Shown one piece after another: positions 46,336 to 56,851 of a stretch of 64,000 bases of DNA. The position numbers were made by a program, and so were the translations under genes. Positions within the stretch are counted from its first letter, which is position 1. Every line of letters begins with the position of its first letter. The notes under the pieces are model-generated. The model saw only the letters and a program-made list of their open reading frames with translations, was not told where the DNA came from and did not search any database. Origin of the DNA: Fonticula alba ATCC 38817 (Eukaryota; Protista; Nucleariida); assembly GCA_000388065.2 (NCBI GenBank), contig KB932206.1; one strand, written 5' to 3'.

Positions 46336-49300
46336 TTACTCATCGCGGTACTGCTCCATGAACTTCTGGTGGAAGTCGCGCAGGAGACCGGTGAAACGGG
46401 CAAAGCGCTCCTGAGGAGGAAGGAAGGTGGCACGCACATGGAAGGTGCCCTCCTCCTNNNNNNNNNNNNNNNNNNNNNNGAGGGGGCGAGGGCAAGCGGA
46501 GAGAAAGAGGGTCAGGCAAGAGGCTACCAGTGAGGAGAAGGGGGAGCATGAGGTGGGAATCATGTCGCCAGCGGCAATTACCGCGCGCTCCGTGTTGTGC
46601 AGGCAACCATGGGACATGTGGACAAAGACACCGACAACGGCACAGGCCGGGCAAAAGCCCGCCCATCCCCCATCTGGACCGATGTTCACACATTCCCCTA
46701 GTCACCTTCCAAATGGGAGGGCGGTCTAGATCACTGGCGTCGTTGGCCTGCGCCCTGGTGTTGGCGCGCCGTCTCTGGCGTCCGTGTGTTCTCCTGTGCG
46801 CTGGTCTTTCTCACGGTTCATGTGCTTCATCAGCCTCCCCACCGGGGCATGTGTGTGGTGCACGGGCCGCCCGGTAGTCGGGCCGCCAACGCGCAAGCAC
46901 GGTGGGGAGGCTGATGAAGGCATGCCGGAGCAAGCGGCGGGAGTTTCTCCACAGGCGCAACAGCGAACCAAGCGCCAACAAGGAAACGCAGACCAAACAA
47001 CAGCATCTACCAGGCTGTTTACCGTTCACGATTGCTGGAAGAGTCGAGAACGCAATTGCCCAGCCTGGAGGTAGAGCGGCTTCCGAATAAACGGCCAGCC
47101 AAAGGAGAAGGCAGCACAGAGGCAAGGTCCCCCCCCCCCCCCCCCCCCCCCCCCCCGCCCCCCCCCCCCCCCCCCCACGAGCGCACCCGCGCGCGCGCCG
47201 CCCCGCGGGGGGGGGGGGCGCGCGCGGGGGGGGTGGGGGGGGGGGGGGGGGGGGGGGGGGGGCCGGGGGGGGGGGGGCCGAAGGAGTGGGCCCGGGTTTG
47301 GGGGGGGGCGCGGGGGGGGGGGGGGGGGGGGGGGCCTGGGTGTGGGCTCGGGACATTGGAAAGAGAGAGAGAGGGAGGGACAGGGCGAGAAAGACNNNNN
47401 NNNNNNNNNNNNNNNNNNNNNNNNNNNNNNNNNNNNNNNNNCCCCCTGCGCCCTTTCGGAGGGTAACGTACAATGCCGGTGGAGTCCAGCAGGGCCAGGC
47501 AGTAGAAGAGATCCGGGGCCTGGCCGGCCTCCTCGGCCGCGGCGATGGCCTTGGCGGGCAGGCGGATCCGAGGGAAGGTGTACATGGCACCGTCAGCCCG
47601 CTCGCAGGTGACGCCCTCCAGCTCGACGAAGACGCTGGTCAGCTGCTCAGCGCGCTGCTTCAGGGAGTCTGGGTCGGGTGTTGTGTGTGGGTGGTCAGTG
47701 CTTGGTGGAAGGGGAGGAGGTGGCGTTGGGCGGGCAAGGCAGGAGGAAAAGGCATGATCATGCGTACTGAAGATGGCACTGGTCTCTTCCTGGTAGAGGG
47801 GGAAGGAGGTGTCGCCCTCCTTCGGGGGGTTGACCATGAGATCAACCTGAGGAGCAGATCCCCACAGGGCGGAATCCGGGTCAGTTGCATGAAAGCCAGG
47901 GAGAGAGGCAGCGAGGCAGCGAGGCAGCGAGGCAGCGAGGCAGAAGGGGAGGGAGAAAGAGCGAAAGACAGGGGAGCCCACATGCAGCAAGAAGAGTGCA
48001 CGCACCATAATCTGGCCATGAACGCTGGGACACAGAGAAATGGAGGCCAGCTTGTAGAGCTGGTCGCGAACGGCCGGCGAGAAGCCGCACAGCTCGAAAT
48101 AGCCACCACGGCGGCCACACTCACCGAGGACGCCCTTGGAGGTGGAGTGGAAGGACACCAGCTCGACATTGTCGAAGGAGGGGCCCATGCTGAAGGAGGG
48201 GATGTCCATCGGCAGATGGGTACGCGTCAGGGCCGGACGGTCGGCGGAAAATGGCACCAGTGGCCATGGAGCAAGAGAGGGCAGGGCAAAAGCGCAAAGG
48301 AGGGCCAGCGTGGGCTTCTTTGTGGGTCGAACCTGCGAAGAACCTTCTTAAAGGAATGGAAGGGGCGGTCCTCCGGGTAGTAGACATTGGTCTGGTACAC
48401 CTCATCGGCCATGATGATCAGACGCTCGTTGCGGGCGAACTCGATGATCTAGACAGCGCGTTTGTGTGCATGTGTGCGTGCATACACAGGCGTGCAAGCA
48501 CACAAGACACACTCCGAGATGTTAGAAATAGACGGAGGGCGCGGTTGGGCAGGCGATGTCCCGAGAGAGAGAGAGAGAGTATGGGCCCGGGTGCAGGCGA
48601 GCATGATCATGCGGGAGAAAAGGGCAAGGGAGGGCGTCGGCGGACAGGGACATACCTCGCGGATGTTCTCCTCAGACAGGCACTGGCCAGTGGGGTTGCC
48701 AGGGTTGATGACGACCAAGGCGCGGACATCGGTGCCGTTCTCACGAGCAGCACGAACCGAGGCGGTGAGGTCCGCGACGGACATCGACCAACCAGCGGTC
48801 TCATTCAGGCCATACGGCACCGGGCGCCCATGCATGAGGGTCAGGGCCGCCGAGTACAGCGGGTACTGGGGAATGGGGATGAGGACCTACAAAAGGAGGC
48901 AAGTGAGGAAGGGAGGCGGAGAGCGGGCGAGCGGGAGATTGATTGGGGTCAGTCATCCTCAGGGGGGCCGGAGATGCGAGAAAAAGAAAGGAAGGCAGCG
49001 AGGGCTATGATGATGGAGAGGGGGGGGGGGCGGGCATGGGGTCCAGCGCATACGTACCCCGACCTCCGGGCCGCTGATGATGCAGTTGAGCAGCATGCGC
49101 ACACCGTCCGACGCGCCAGACGTCAGGAAGATGTCGTCCGGGTTGGCGGGCACACCACCATCGCGCTCGGAGATGAAGCGCGCGACGTTCTGGCGCACGC
49201 ACGGAACACCCTGCGAATGGCTGTAAGACCCGGTGCTGCCGACGGCCTTGGCCAGCTTCTGGGCACGGGCGATGACATCCGCCGGGAAGAGCAGGCGCAG

Positions 49301-49474
49301 GGCCTCACCATCGGGGCCCTGGGAGTCGGCCACCGCCAGCAGGGACGGGCAATCGACCAGGGCGGACACCTGGCGGAAGAAGGTAATCGGCTTCTGGCCC
49401 AGCTGCTGGGGGTTGCCAATGTTGCAGAGGGTAATCTCATCGAAGGGGAGCTTCTCACCGGCGGCAAGGCGCTG

Positions 49475-49506
<32 letters not shown>

Positions 49507-50218
49507 CGCGCGTGTGCGTGGATGTGCGAGGCAGGTGCAGGGGGTTGGTCAGTGTCGCGGGGGCGAGGCGCCTGTGAGAGAAGGCCGGCGGGGCAGGGCA
49601 TGGGGGGGGCACATACCTCGCGGTACTTCTCAGCGCGAATGGCCAGCTCACCGCGCACGGCATACTGGGCATCGCGCACGTGGCGGTTAATCGTGTCGAG
49701 GGTGAGGACCGGGGGGTGGTCTGCGAGAGATGACGGTAAGATGGGCGGCGGAGGAGCGAGCAGCAGCGGCATCGATAGGGAGAGGAGGGCAAGAGAGGGA
49801 GGGAGGGAGAGAGAGAGAGGCACACAGACAAAAGGGCGGATGCATGGGGCCGAGGCCTGGCAGGGAGGCCAGGTGAAAGGGGAGACGCACCGGCCTCGAT
49901 GACAGCGCGGGTGGTAGGGGACATGGTGTCGTCGACGGGGATGGGCTTTGGCTGGACCTTGCGGAAGGGGTGGACAAAGTGCTTGGAGAGGGAGTACTCT
50001 CGGGCCGGGGCCACGCCGGGAGGATTAAAATGGCCCTGGGATTGGGCGACGATCTGGCCGAGGCCCATGGGCGATCGCGTTTGTGCACCCGGCCGGTAAC
50101 CGCCGGCAGTGGACGTGTAGCCAGCCCCCCCGCGAGCAACTAAGACGGCAGCGGCGGCGGCGGCGGTCCCGGCCGATCGGCCGAACCGAGAGTAGGCAGT
50201 CGCAAGACTCCCAAGCAT
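46336..50218 (-). CDS. GPT: Alanine aminotransferase (PLP-dependent), probably mitochondrial; multi-exon with gaps near the 3' end
   Basis: TLDTINRHVRDAQYAVRGEL, CNIGNPQQLGQKPITFFRQV, GSYSHSQG, IFLTSGASDGV, LVVINPGNPTGQCL, MADEVYQTNVY and PLP lysine motif SFHSTSKG...ECGRRGGY. Terminal exon EGTFHVRATFLPPQERFARFTGLLRDFHQKFMEQYRDE* lies at 46457-46336. The expected VVPGSGFGQ segment is not visible and probably falls in the N gap at 46458-46479. Confidence 0.93.
47128..47340. repeat. Extreme poly-C / poly-G low-complexity tract next to an assembly gap
   Basis: Long C runs, then (CG)n, then long G runs. Sequence quality is probably low. Confidence 0.7.
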
Positions 50219-52015
50219 TTTTTCTCGCTTCAATTCGCAGGGAGTTGGCCTTTTATTTTCGAGTCACGGCGATGGGGCTGATGCATGTTAGGGGCCGTTG
50301 AGCATCTCTCCGGGGAGCCGCGGCTCGGGGGCGTGCAGGGCGCAAGCCAGGGCTGGCCGATTCCGAAGGGACGAAACGTGGCTCGTGGTGTGCCGGTCCA
50401 CTGACCCATTCTGCCTCCCCCTCTCCTTGGGAGAGATAGGGCCGCGCGGTGCACACACGCACGTCACACCGAGGCGCCCTCCCCCCCCCCCGCCCCCCCC
50501 GCAGAGAGAAGCCCCGGGGGTGCTTTGGGCCGGAATATTCCCCGCCTTCGGCTAGAGGCCCCCGTCTGAAAGCACGGCCAGGGAAGGGGGCCAAAAAAAT
50601 CTGGGCACACATGTCCCCCCCTCTCCCCGTTCTCTCCCTGCTCGTCCATCGCCCCGGACAGATGGCACACGGAGGCCGGGAGCGTGGGCTTGTCGGGGGG
50701 GGGGGGGGGGGGGGGGCGGAGGACCCTGACTCGGAGCGGAGAATGACCTCCAAGTGTCCCCCCTGGCCAAGGACACACTCACATGATACATATGGAGGTA
50801 ATGACATTTCGGCCATAATAACCCACAACCACTTCATCTGGGGCTGCGCCGCTTCCCTTCTCGTCCTTCTTCTTCTTCCTCCTCCTCGAGGATCGCAGCC
50901 TCTCTGTCACTGTCACTCATGCCTCTCCGTCACTGCCACTCATAATTCTACCCGTATTCTCACTCACTCGATCTTTCACTGAATCAGCCGCATGCCCCCC
51001 TTGTCCAGTTTTCGCAGAACAAACAATGATCTCTGGAGGACCCATGATCCGAGCTTAGCGGCTCCCGGGGAAGGGGTCACCCGGCCGGATACTATCATGG
51101 TACGATGTGAAAATCCAACCAAAAGCTTGGCCCTCCCACAGCCCTAATTCCGACCCAGTGCGTGGACGTTCGTACCTGAGGGAGGATGGGTATCGGGGAA
51201 GACAGGCAACCGGAGAGCAGGCGAGGCAAGGACGGATCGACTGACGAAAGGGACGGAGAACGCAGCGGCAAATGCGCCGCGGGAGAACAGGCGCTTAGAA
51301 AGGCGGGTGGGTTGGTTGTCAACTTCAAAAGCAATACCTGCGAAATGATAAGTTGACATGCGTCATTCGGCTGCTCTCGAAAGCGCGAGGGGACGCAACA
51401 GCGCCGCACCCGAAGAGTACTTACTTCCAAGGAACTGAGGCAAGCAGCAGAGCGCTCGGCAAGGAGAGGTGGCCGTGACGGTGGCCTAGGGATGAGTAGG
51501 TGGCGTGGAACAGGAGAGGAGGGACGGGCAGGGATGTGGAAGTGAGTGCGAGCCTCGACTGTGTCCACTTCCAAATGAATATAACTCATGATGCCCCGCT
51601 GACGATTGCCTGGGCGGATGCAAAGAGGATGCAATGACTGGCCGCTGGCGATCGGCGGATCCATCCATAGATTAAGCCCCCCCCCCCCTCCCGCCCGCCC
51701 GCCCGCTCGCCCGCCCGCCCGCCCGCAGTAGCTGCCTGAGACATGACACACCCAGGAATGAAGAGGAGTCCCAGTGCCTGGGAACGAGGGGTGACACCCC
51801 GTGGCCGGAGAGCCCCCACTGTCATACAATTCATATTCTTCCGCCGGCCTTCCTGGCTCAACATACCCCCTTTGGCTGCCTGTCTGCGTGTCCCCGCCGC
51901 GATCCGTGGGGAACCCCCCCCCCCCCCCCCCGGAGGGGTGAGAAAACAAAAACAAGACACCATGCCCCATTGAGGGTAAAGAAAGGCGCCAACACAATAG
52001 TCCCGATTCTGATAT

Positions 52016-54077
52016 TCAAACACCGGGTTCTATCCCGAGGAGAGTGATCCGGAAAGGCGTCCGGATGTTGGTGATCGTTTCGGGGGCCTTCCAAAGGGAG
52101 CATACTTGGTTAGCTGCCAGCAGGGCAAGGTTGGCGGGATGTCATTGCCGCCTTGCCTCCAAGCCACCCCACCACAAAGCGGCCATACCATGCGGTTGGA
52201 CTTCTCCACAGTGATAGCACCAAGAACTGGATCCTGCCTGGTCCCGCTATCCTGGCCGCCATGAGCAGGCCCGGGACTGGGTAGCATGACAATTCGTGTT
52301 GTGGCCGTTCGCCGCCAGGGGGCCCCGAGGCTGGGGCGCATTGTCCGACCAATGCGCGGATGTTCCCACTTGTAGCCAGAGTTTGTCATCTATCGCGGGA
52401 GGGGCCGGTATGTTGGTGATTCCAAGGAAAGGCAAGACAGATGTGAGCAAGAGCCATGGAAATTGGCAGACGGCGAGAGGGAGAGACACAAAAGACCAGG
52501 AGGCAATCGCCAGGCGCACGAGAATCGAAAAGCGCCCTGTCAGCGCCAGGTCCTGAAGCAATGCCCCAACTGAGGAGGCCATGCCACTGTATTCCGCGTT
52601 GACTGTTGCGCCGAGTGCGCGCTGCAAATGCGGCACCTGGCTCGGCGGTGGGGCTTGCGAGCTGGTCCCCCCCGACAAGGAGGATGGTGCTCCCGTGCCG
52701 GCATCCAGGCCCAGCTGGATGCTATGGGGCCGCGTCAGCAGAGCCGCCGGCGAGTCAATCACCAGCAGCAGTGGCGATCCCGTGGAGGGGTGCGGGACAT
52801 GCTGCCGGGCAAGCTGGTGCAGCAGCACAAGAAGAGCCCCCACATCCGACACACGAACACACTCGATCCGGTCCAAAGATGCCTGAACCAAGCGCCGACG
52901 GGCATCCGGCATCGTGCGCAGACCGCCGGTCAGCGGGTGCTTCGGGTGCAGGAGCTGGCCCATGCGTCGGAAGAGCAAGTCAGCCATGCGCTGGGCGCTA
53001 GGCTGTGTGCCGGTGTCGACAAACAGGACTGCCGGCTGTGGGGCCGGCTGGGCCTCCAATTGGTCGAGGGCCGCCCCGACGGAGGGGGCCTGCCCGGTGG
53101 CGAACGAAAGCTCGACATCACGCAGCGTAGCCAGGCCCCCGGCCACTGCGGCCACCTGTTGGCAGAGCTGCCGAGGGGGTGTTTTTCAGTCTGGAGTAGT
53201 CAGCGTCCGAGGGCCCAAAGGAAGAAGAGTGATCTCGAAGAGAGGGGGAGAGGCAAAGAGGAAGCGAGAGAGATAGAGAGAGAGAGAGGCCAGGCAGGCT
53301 CACGCACCTGAGACTTGCCGCAATTTGCCGGGCCGAGGACCTCAACAATATCACCCCCAATCAGCCCCCCATCAAGGAGCTTGTCGAGCCTACGAAGCAA
53401 GACAGGCGGTTTCCGGGTTAGTTCTGGACAGGGAGAGGGGAGGGGGGGGGGGGGGAGGGGGGCGTTCCCCAGAGGTGAGGCATGGCATTTATCTTGCCAT
53501 TGTGCGCGTACCCCGGCAGCAGTGTGGGGATGGCGTCTTTGGTGGCGAAGTCAGCCACTAACGGCCCCGGGTCAGGATCGCAAAACTCCTCATCCAGCAT
53601 ACTCATGAAGGCTCGCACGGCCGAGGACTGCCGAGGGAGCGAGTCCCCGGGGTCGGGTGGATGGCCGGCGGGCAGACGGCCAAAGAGCTCCGGACATAGT
53701 GCCTCAGGCTCGGTGGCATACTCATCAATGAGTGCCAGCTGCAGGGCCTCGACCGCCTGCCAGGGGTGTGTCAGGGAGGGGGCAGGTGTCAAAGAAGGGA
53801 GGCCGAGGAGCAAGAGGAGGAGAAGGAGTCGGCGCACGTCAGACGACAGTTCGAAGCCCGATTGGCGAACAAGATGGTCAGGCTCCGAGAGGATGATGCT
53901 AAGATCTGAGATGGGGCCAGGGAGGAAGTCAGCAGGGGGGGGGGGGAGCAGGGGAGATTGGCGATCGCATGAAAAAGGAGGGGGACAAACAAAGGCAGAG
54001 AGTGGCTCCGGCGCACCGGAACGGATGCCGAGTGAGGCGAGGATTTCGGCGGTGCTGCGACGAGGCCATGTTCCCAT
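52016..54077 (-). CDS. RAD51D: RAD51 paralogue, RAD51D-like; exons 54077-54017, 53905-53838, 53756-53512, 53389-53308, 53167-52520, 52389-52189, 52087-52016
   Basis: GLDKLLDGGLIGGDIVEVLGPANCGKSQ (Walker A), VLFVDT, LDRIECVRVSD, Walker B LLVIDSPAALL, RPSLGAPWRRTATTRIVML (cf. RAD51D KPALGRSWSFVPSTRILL) and TVEKSNR. The paralogue assignment is by recalled similarity only. Confidence 0.8.
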
Positions 54078-54600
54078 GATCGCACACACGAAGCCGAGGC
54101 AGCGAGGGCCAATCGGGGGACGGACGGATGGACGGACGGGCAGGGAGGATGGGGTCGAGGATTGGGTTTGACGAATGCTGGATGCCCCCTTGCCCCCGCG
54201 AGCGGGTGCCATTTTCCCTGGGCAGCCGATCAGGGGTGGCGCCCCACAGGTGCCCACGATAGTGCTGATCACATGCCCCCGCTCCATGTGTCTGTCGATC
54301 CGCCGCACTTCGCGCCCTCGCCGCCGGGCCCCGGCCGCACGGCCGCCCCCCTGGCCCCCCGACGTCGCCCATGAGGAAGGCCGCACGCGCGCGTGGGGGC
54401 AAATTTGTCCGACCATCTTCCCGTGAGGTTACCATCGTTGTGCATCCCACCCCACTGTCCCCTCCCCTCCCCTCCCCTTCCAGCCAGCTCTCCTTCTCTG
54501 CCTTCCTCCTCCCCCCCCCCCTCTTCGGCCCTCATCCATCTCCTTCCTCCTCCCTGTCCGCCCTGCACCCCCCCTCCCCCCCCACACACATCGACGCAGG

Positions 54601-56851
54601 ATGTCCGCTGTGAAGAGCCCCAAGGCCGCGGGGAAGATCGCGAGTCCGTCCCCGGCTGCCAAGTCCCCCAAGCCCCGCACTCCGAAGGCCAAGACCCCCG
54701 TGAAGGTGGCCTCCCCTGTGCAGCCCCATGAGGATGAGCATGATGACGACCACGGGGCCATCTCCTTGTTTGCCGGGAGTGCGCCAATTGTCCTCAGCAA
54801 GCCGACCACCGGCGGCTCCTCCCCCGAGGCAGGCCTCAAGTCGGGCCAGACCAAGGACACTGCCGAGCCTCATGCGGCCGAGTCCGCGGCCAAGACTCCC
54901 TCGCTCTCGCCGGAGAAGCTTGTTGCCCGCGACCGGGCGCCGCTTGAGGCCAACATGGCCGAGCTGGCCAAGCAGCTCCAGCAGATTCGCGCGCACCTGG
55001 CTCCTCTGGCTGACCGGTGCGTTGGCGTGGCCTTCCCTGCCCTTCTTCCCTTTCGTCTTGTCCCTCTCTCTCCCTCTCCCTCGCTCTTCCTACCTCAGGA
55101 TGGGCCTGGGTGAGCGTCGCACAAACACCCGAATGCCCTCTCCTCTGTTGCTGATGCCCGCTCCCCCCCCCTCCCAGCATCAAGCAGGGCGAGCTTGAGA
55201 CTGCCAATGGCGTGGGCTTCCTCGACGCCAAGTACCGTATGTGACCTTTTACATATCCATACCTTTGTGGTCTTTTGTTTGTCGGTTCTCCTCTTGGATC
55301 TCTGGGCTCTTGCATGGGACGCCTCATCCCCCTGACTTCCTCCTCTTGCATGCGGTCCTCCCTCGCCGGCAAAAAAAAACAAACCCCCAACGAACAGAGC
55401 TCCTGCTGTCGTACTGCGCGGACCTTGTGCACTACATGTCTCACAAGGCGTCCGGCCGGTCGGTCGGCCCGGAGTCCGAGGACTTCGCCGAGACCCTGGC
55501 CTCGCTCATCAAGACCCGCATCTATCTGGAGAAGATCCGCCCGCTGGAGAACAAGTTCAAGTACCAGATTGACAAGTACATCAAGGCGGCCACCACGGGT
55601 GCCGGGTCCGGGGCCACTTCCAGCGCGGCAGGTGCGCACGCGGTCTCCTTTGTTTGGTGGGTTTTCCCTGGTCAAAGTGTTGACTCCCCCCCCCCCCCCC
55701 CCCCCNNNNNNNNNNNCCCCCCCCCGGGGCCCTGCCCATTCTCTGTGCTGTATTCTGCAGACGCTCTTGGCAGTCTGTCTGCCCGGCCGAATGTCATGAA
55801 CCTGGATGACGGGGACTCGTCGGACGATGGTGGTGCGCTTGCTCCGGCTCCCTGTGGCCTTATGGTCACTCCCATTTCTAGTCGCCCTCCTTTTCCCCCT
55901 CACGCCGGCCTGTGGCACCGGCCTCCGTCACTCCTCCTTCCATCCCTAACCCCGATGGTGTAAACATCACTCCCCCGCCATGGTGGTCCGAAAGCCGCCG
56001 CCCGCTCGCGCGCTGGCAAGTCCGCCGCCCTGCAGTCTGCCACCAGCATGGAGGCCGAGACCGGTGCGTTTTTGCCGCCTTTTCGCATCCCTGCCCTGGC
56101 CTTTGCTATGGCTGCCTCGTCGGGCACTGACCCGCTCATGTGTCGGACGGGCATAGTCGATCGGTCCAAGCGCTCGGCCGACCGTCTGGTCAAGTCGCGT
56201 GAGCAGCGCAACATGCTGCAGGAGCTGCACCGGGAGTTCACCGATGCGCCGGAGGAGATCGCCGAGGAGCGTCCGGAGGAGGACGACCTGGAGCGCGCGC
56301 GCACCGAGCATGAGGAGGCCACCTTCACTCGTTTGCAGGTGACGCGCAAGGACCGCGCCCGCCTGAAGCGCAACACCGAGCGCTCCAGCGATCTGCGCGA
56401 CCTGGAGGAGTTCTCCGATATCACCAGCCTACAGGTGACCAAGGAGTGCGTCCATTGCCTTCCTTTTGCCCTGTGTTTCCGCCCCCCGGCGGGCTGATGT
56501 CCTTTGTTGTTGCCAGCTGGTCGCGAGTATGTGTGGGTGGGTGGGTGGGTGAATCTAGGGGGAACATACTGCGGATGATAGCGTGCCCTGACTGATGGAC
56601 TCCTGCTGCTGCTTGCCACCCGCCACTGGGCCAGGCGCTCCGACTTCGAGGACAGCCTGGCCGCACGGCGGCCCGTGGCACAAGTGGCCTCTGCGTACCA
56701 CGAGCGCCGACGCCTGGCCAATGAGGCCGCCATCAATGAGCAGCGTCAGCATTCGCGCCCGATGAAGCGTCTGCGCGAGCAGATCCGCGAGACCGAGGCC
56801 AAGAAGAAGCCCTCTTCGGCGGCCGGTGGCAAGCGCCCCCGGCGCTCTTGA
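54601..56851 (+). CDS. NGDN: Neuroguidin / Lcp5 (Sas10/Utp3/C1D family, SSU processome), multi-exon
   Basis: GVGFLDAKY-QLLLSY, LIKTRIYLEKIRPLENKFKYQIDK, ARPNVMNL and MLQELHREFTDAPEEI...RTEHEEATFTRLQVTRKDRARLKR. The basic C-terminus ends GKRPRRS* at 56851. Some 3' exon borders are tentative. Confidence 0.87.

Noticed and set aside
46336-46689. Treating ORF 46336-46689 as a separate small gene
   Set aside because: Its peptide (GTFHVRATFLPP...FHQKFMEQY) is the conserved C-terminus of alanine aminotransferase.
47128-47340. Poly-C/poly-G quasi-palindrome as a functional hairpin or G4 element
   Set aside because: It lies beside a gap and the duplicated 34-mer, and looks like low-quality read extension.
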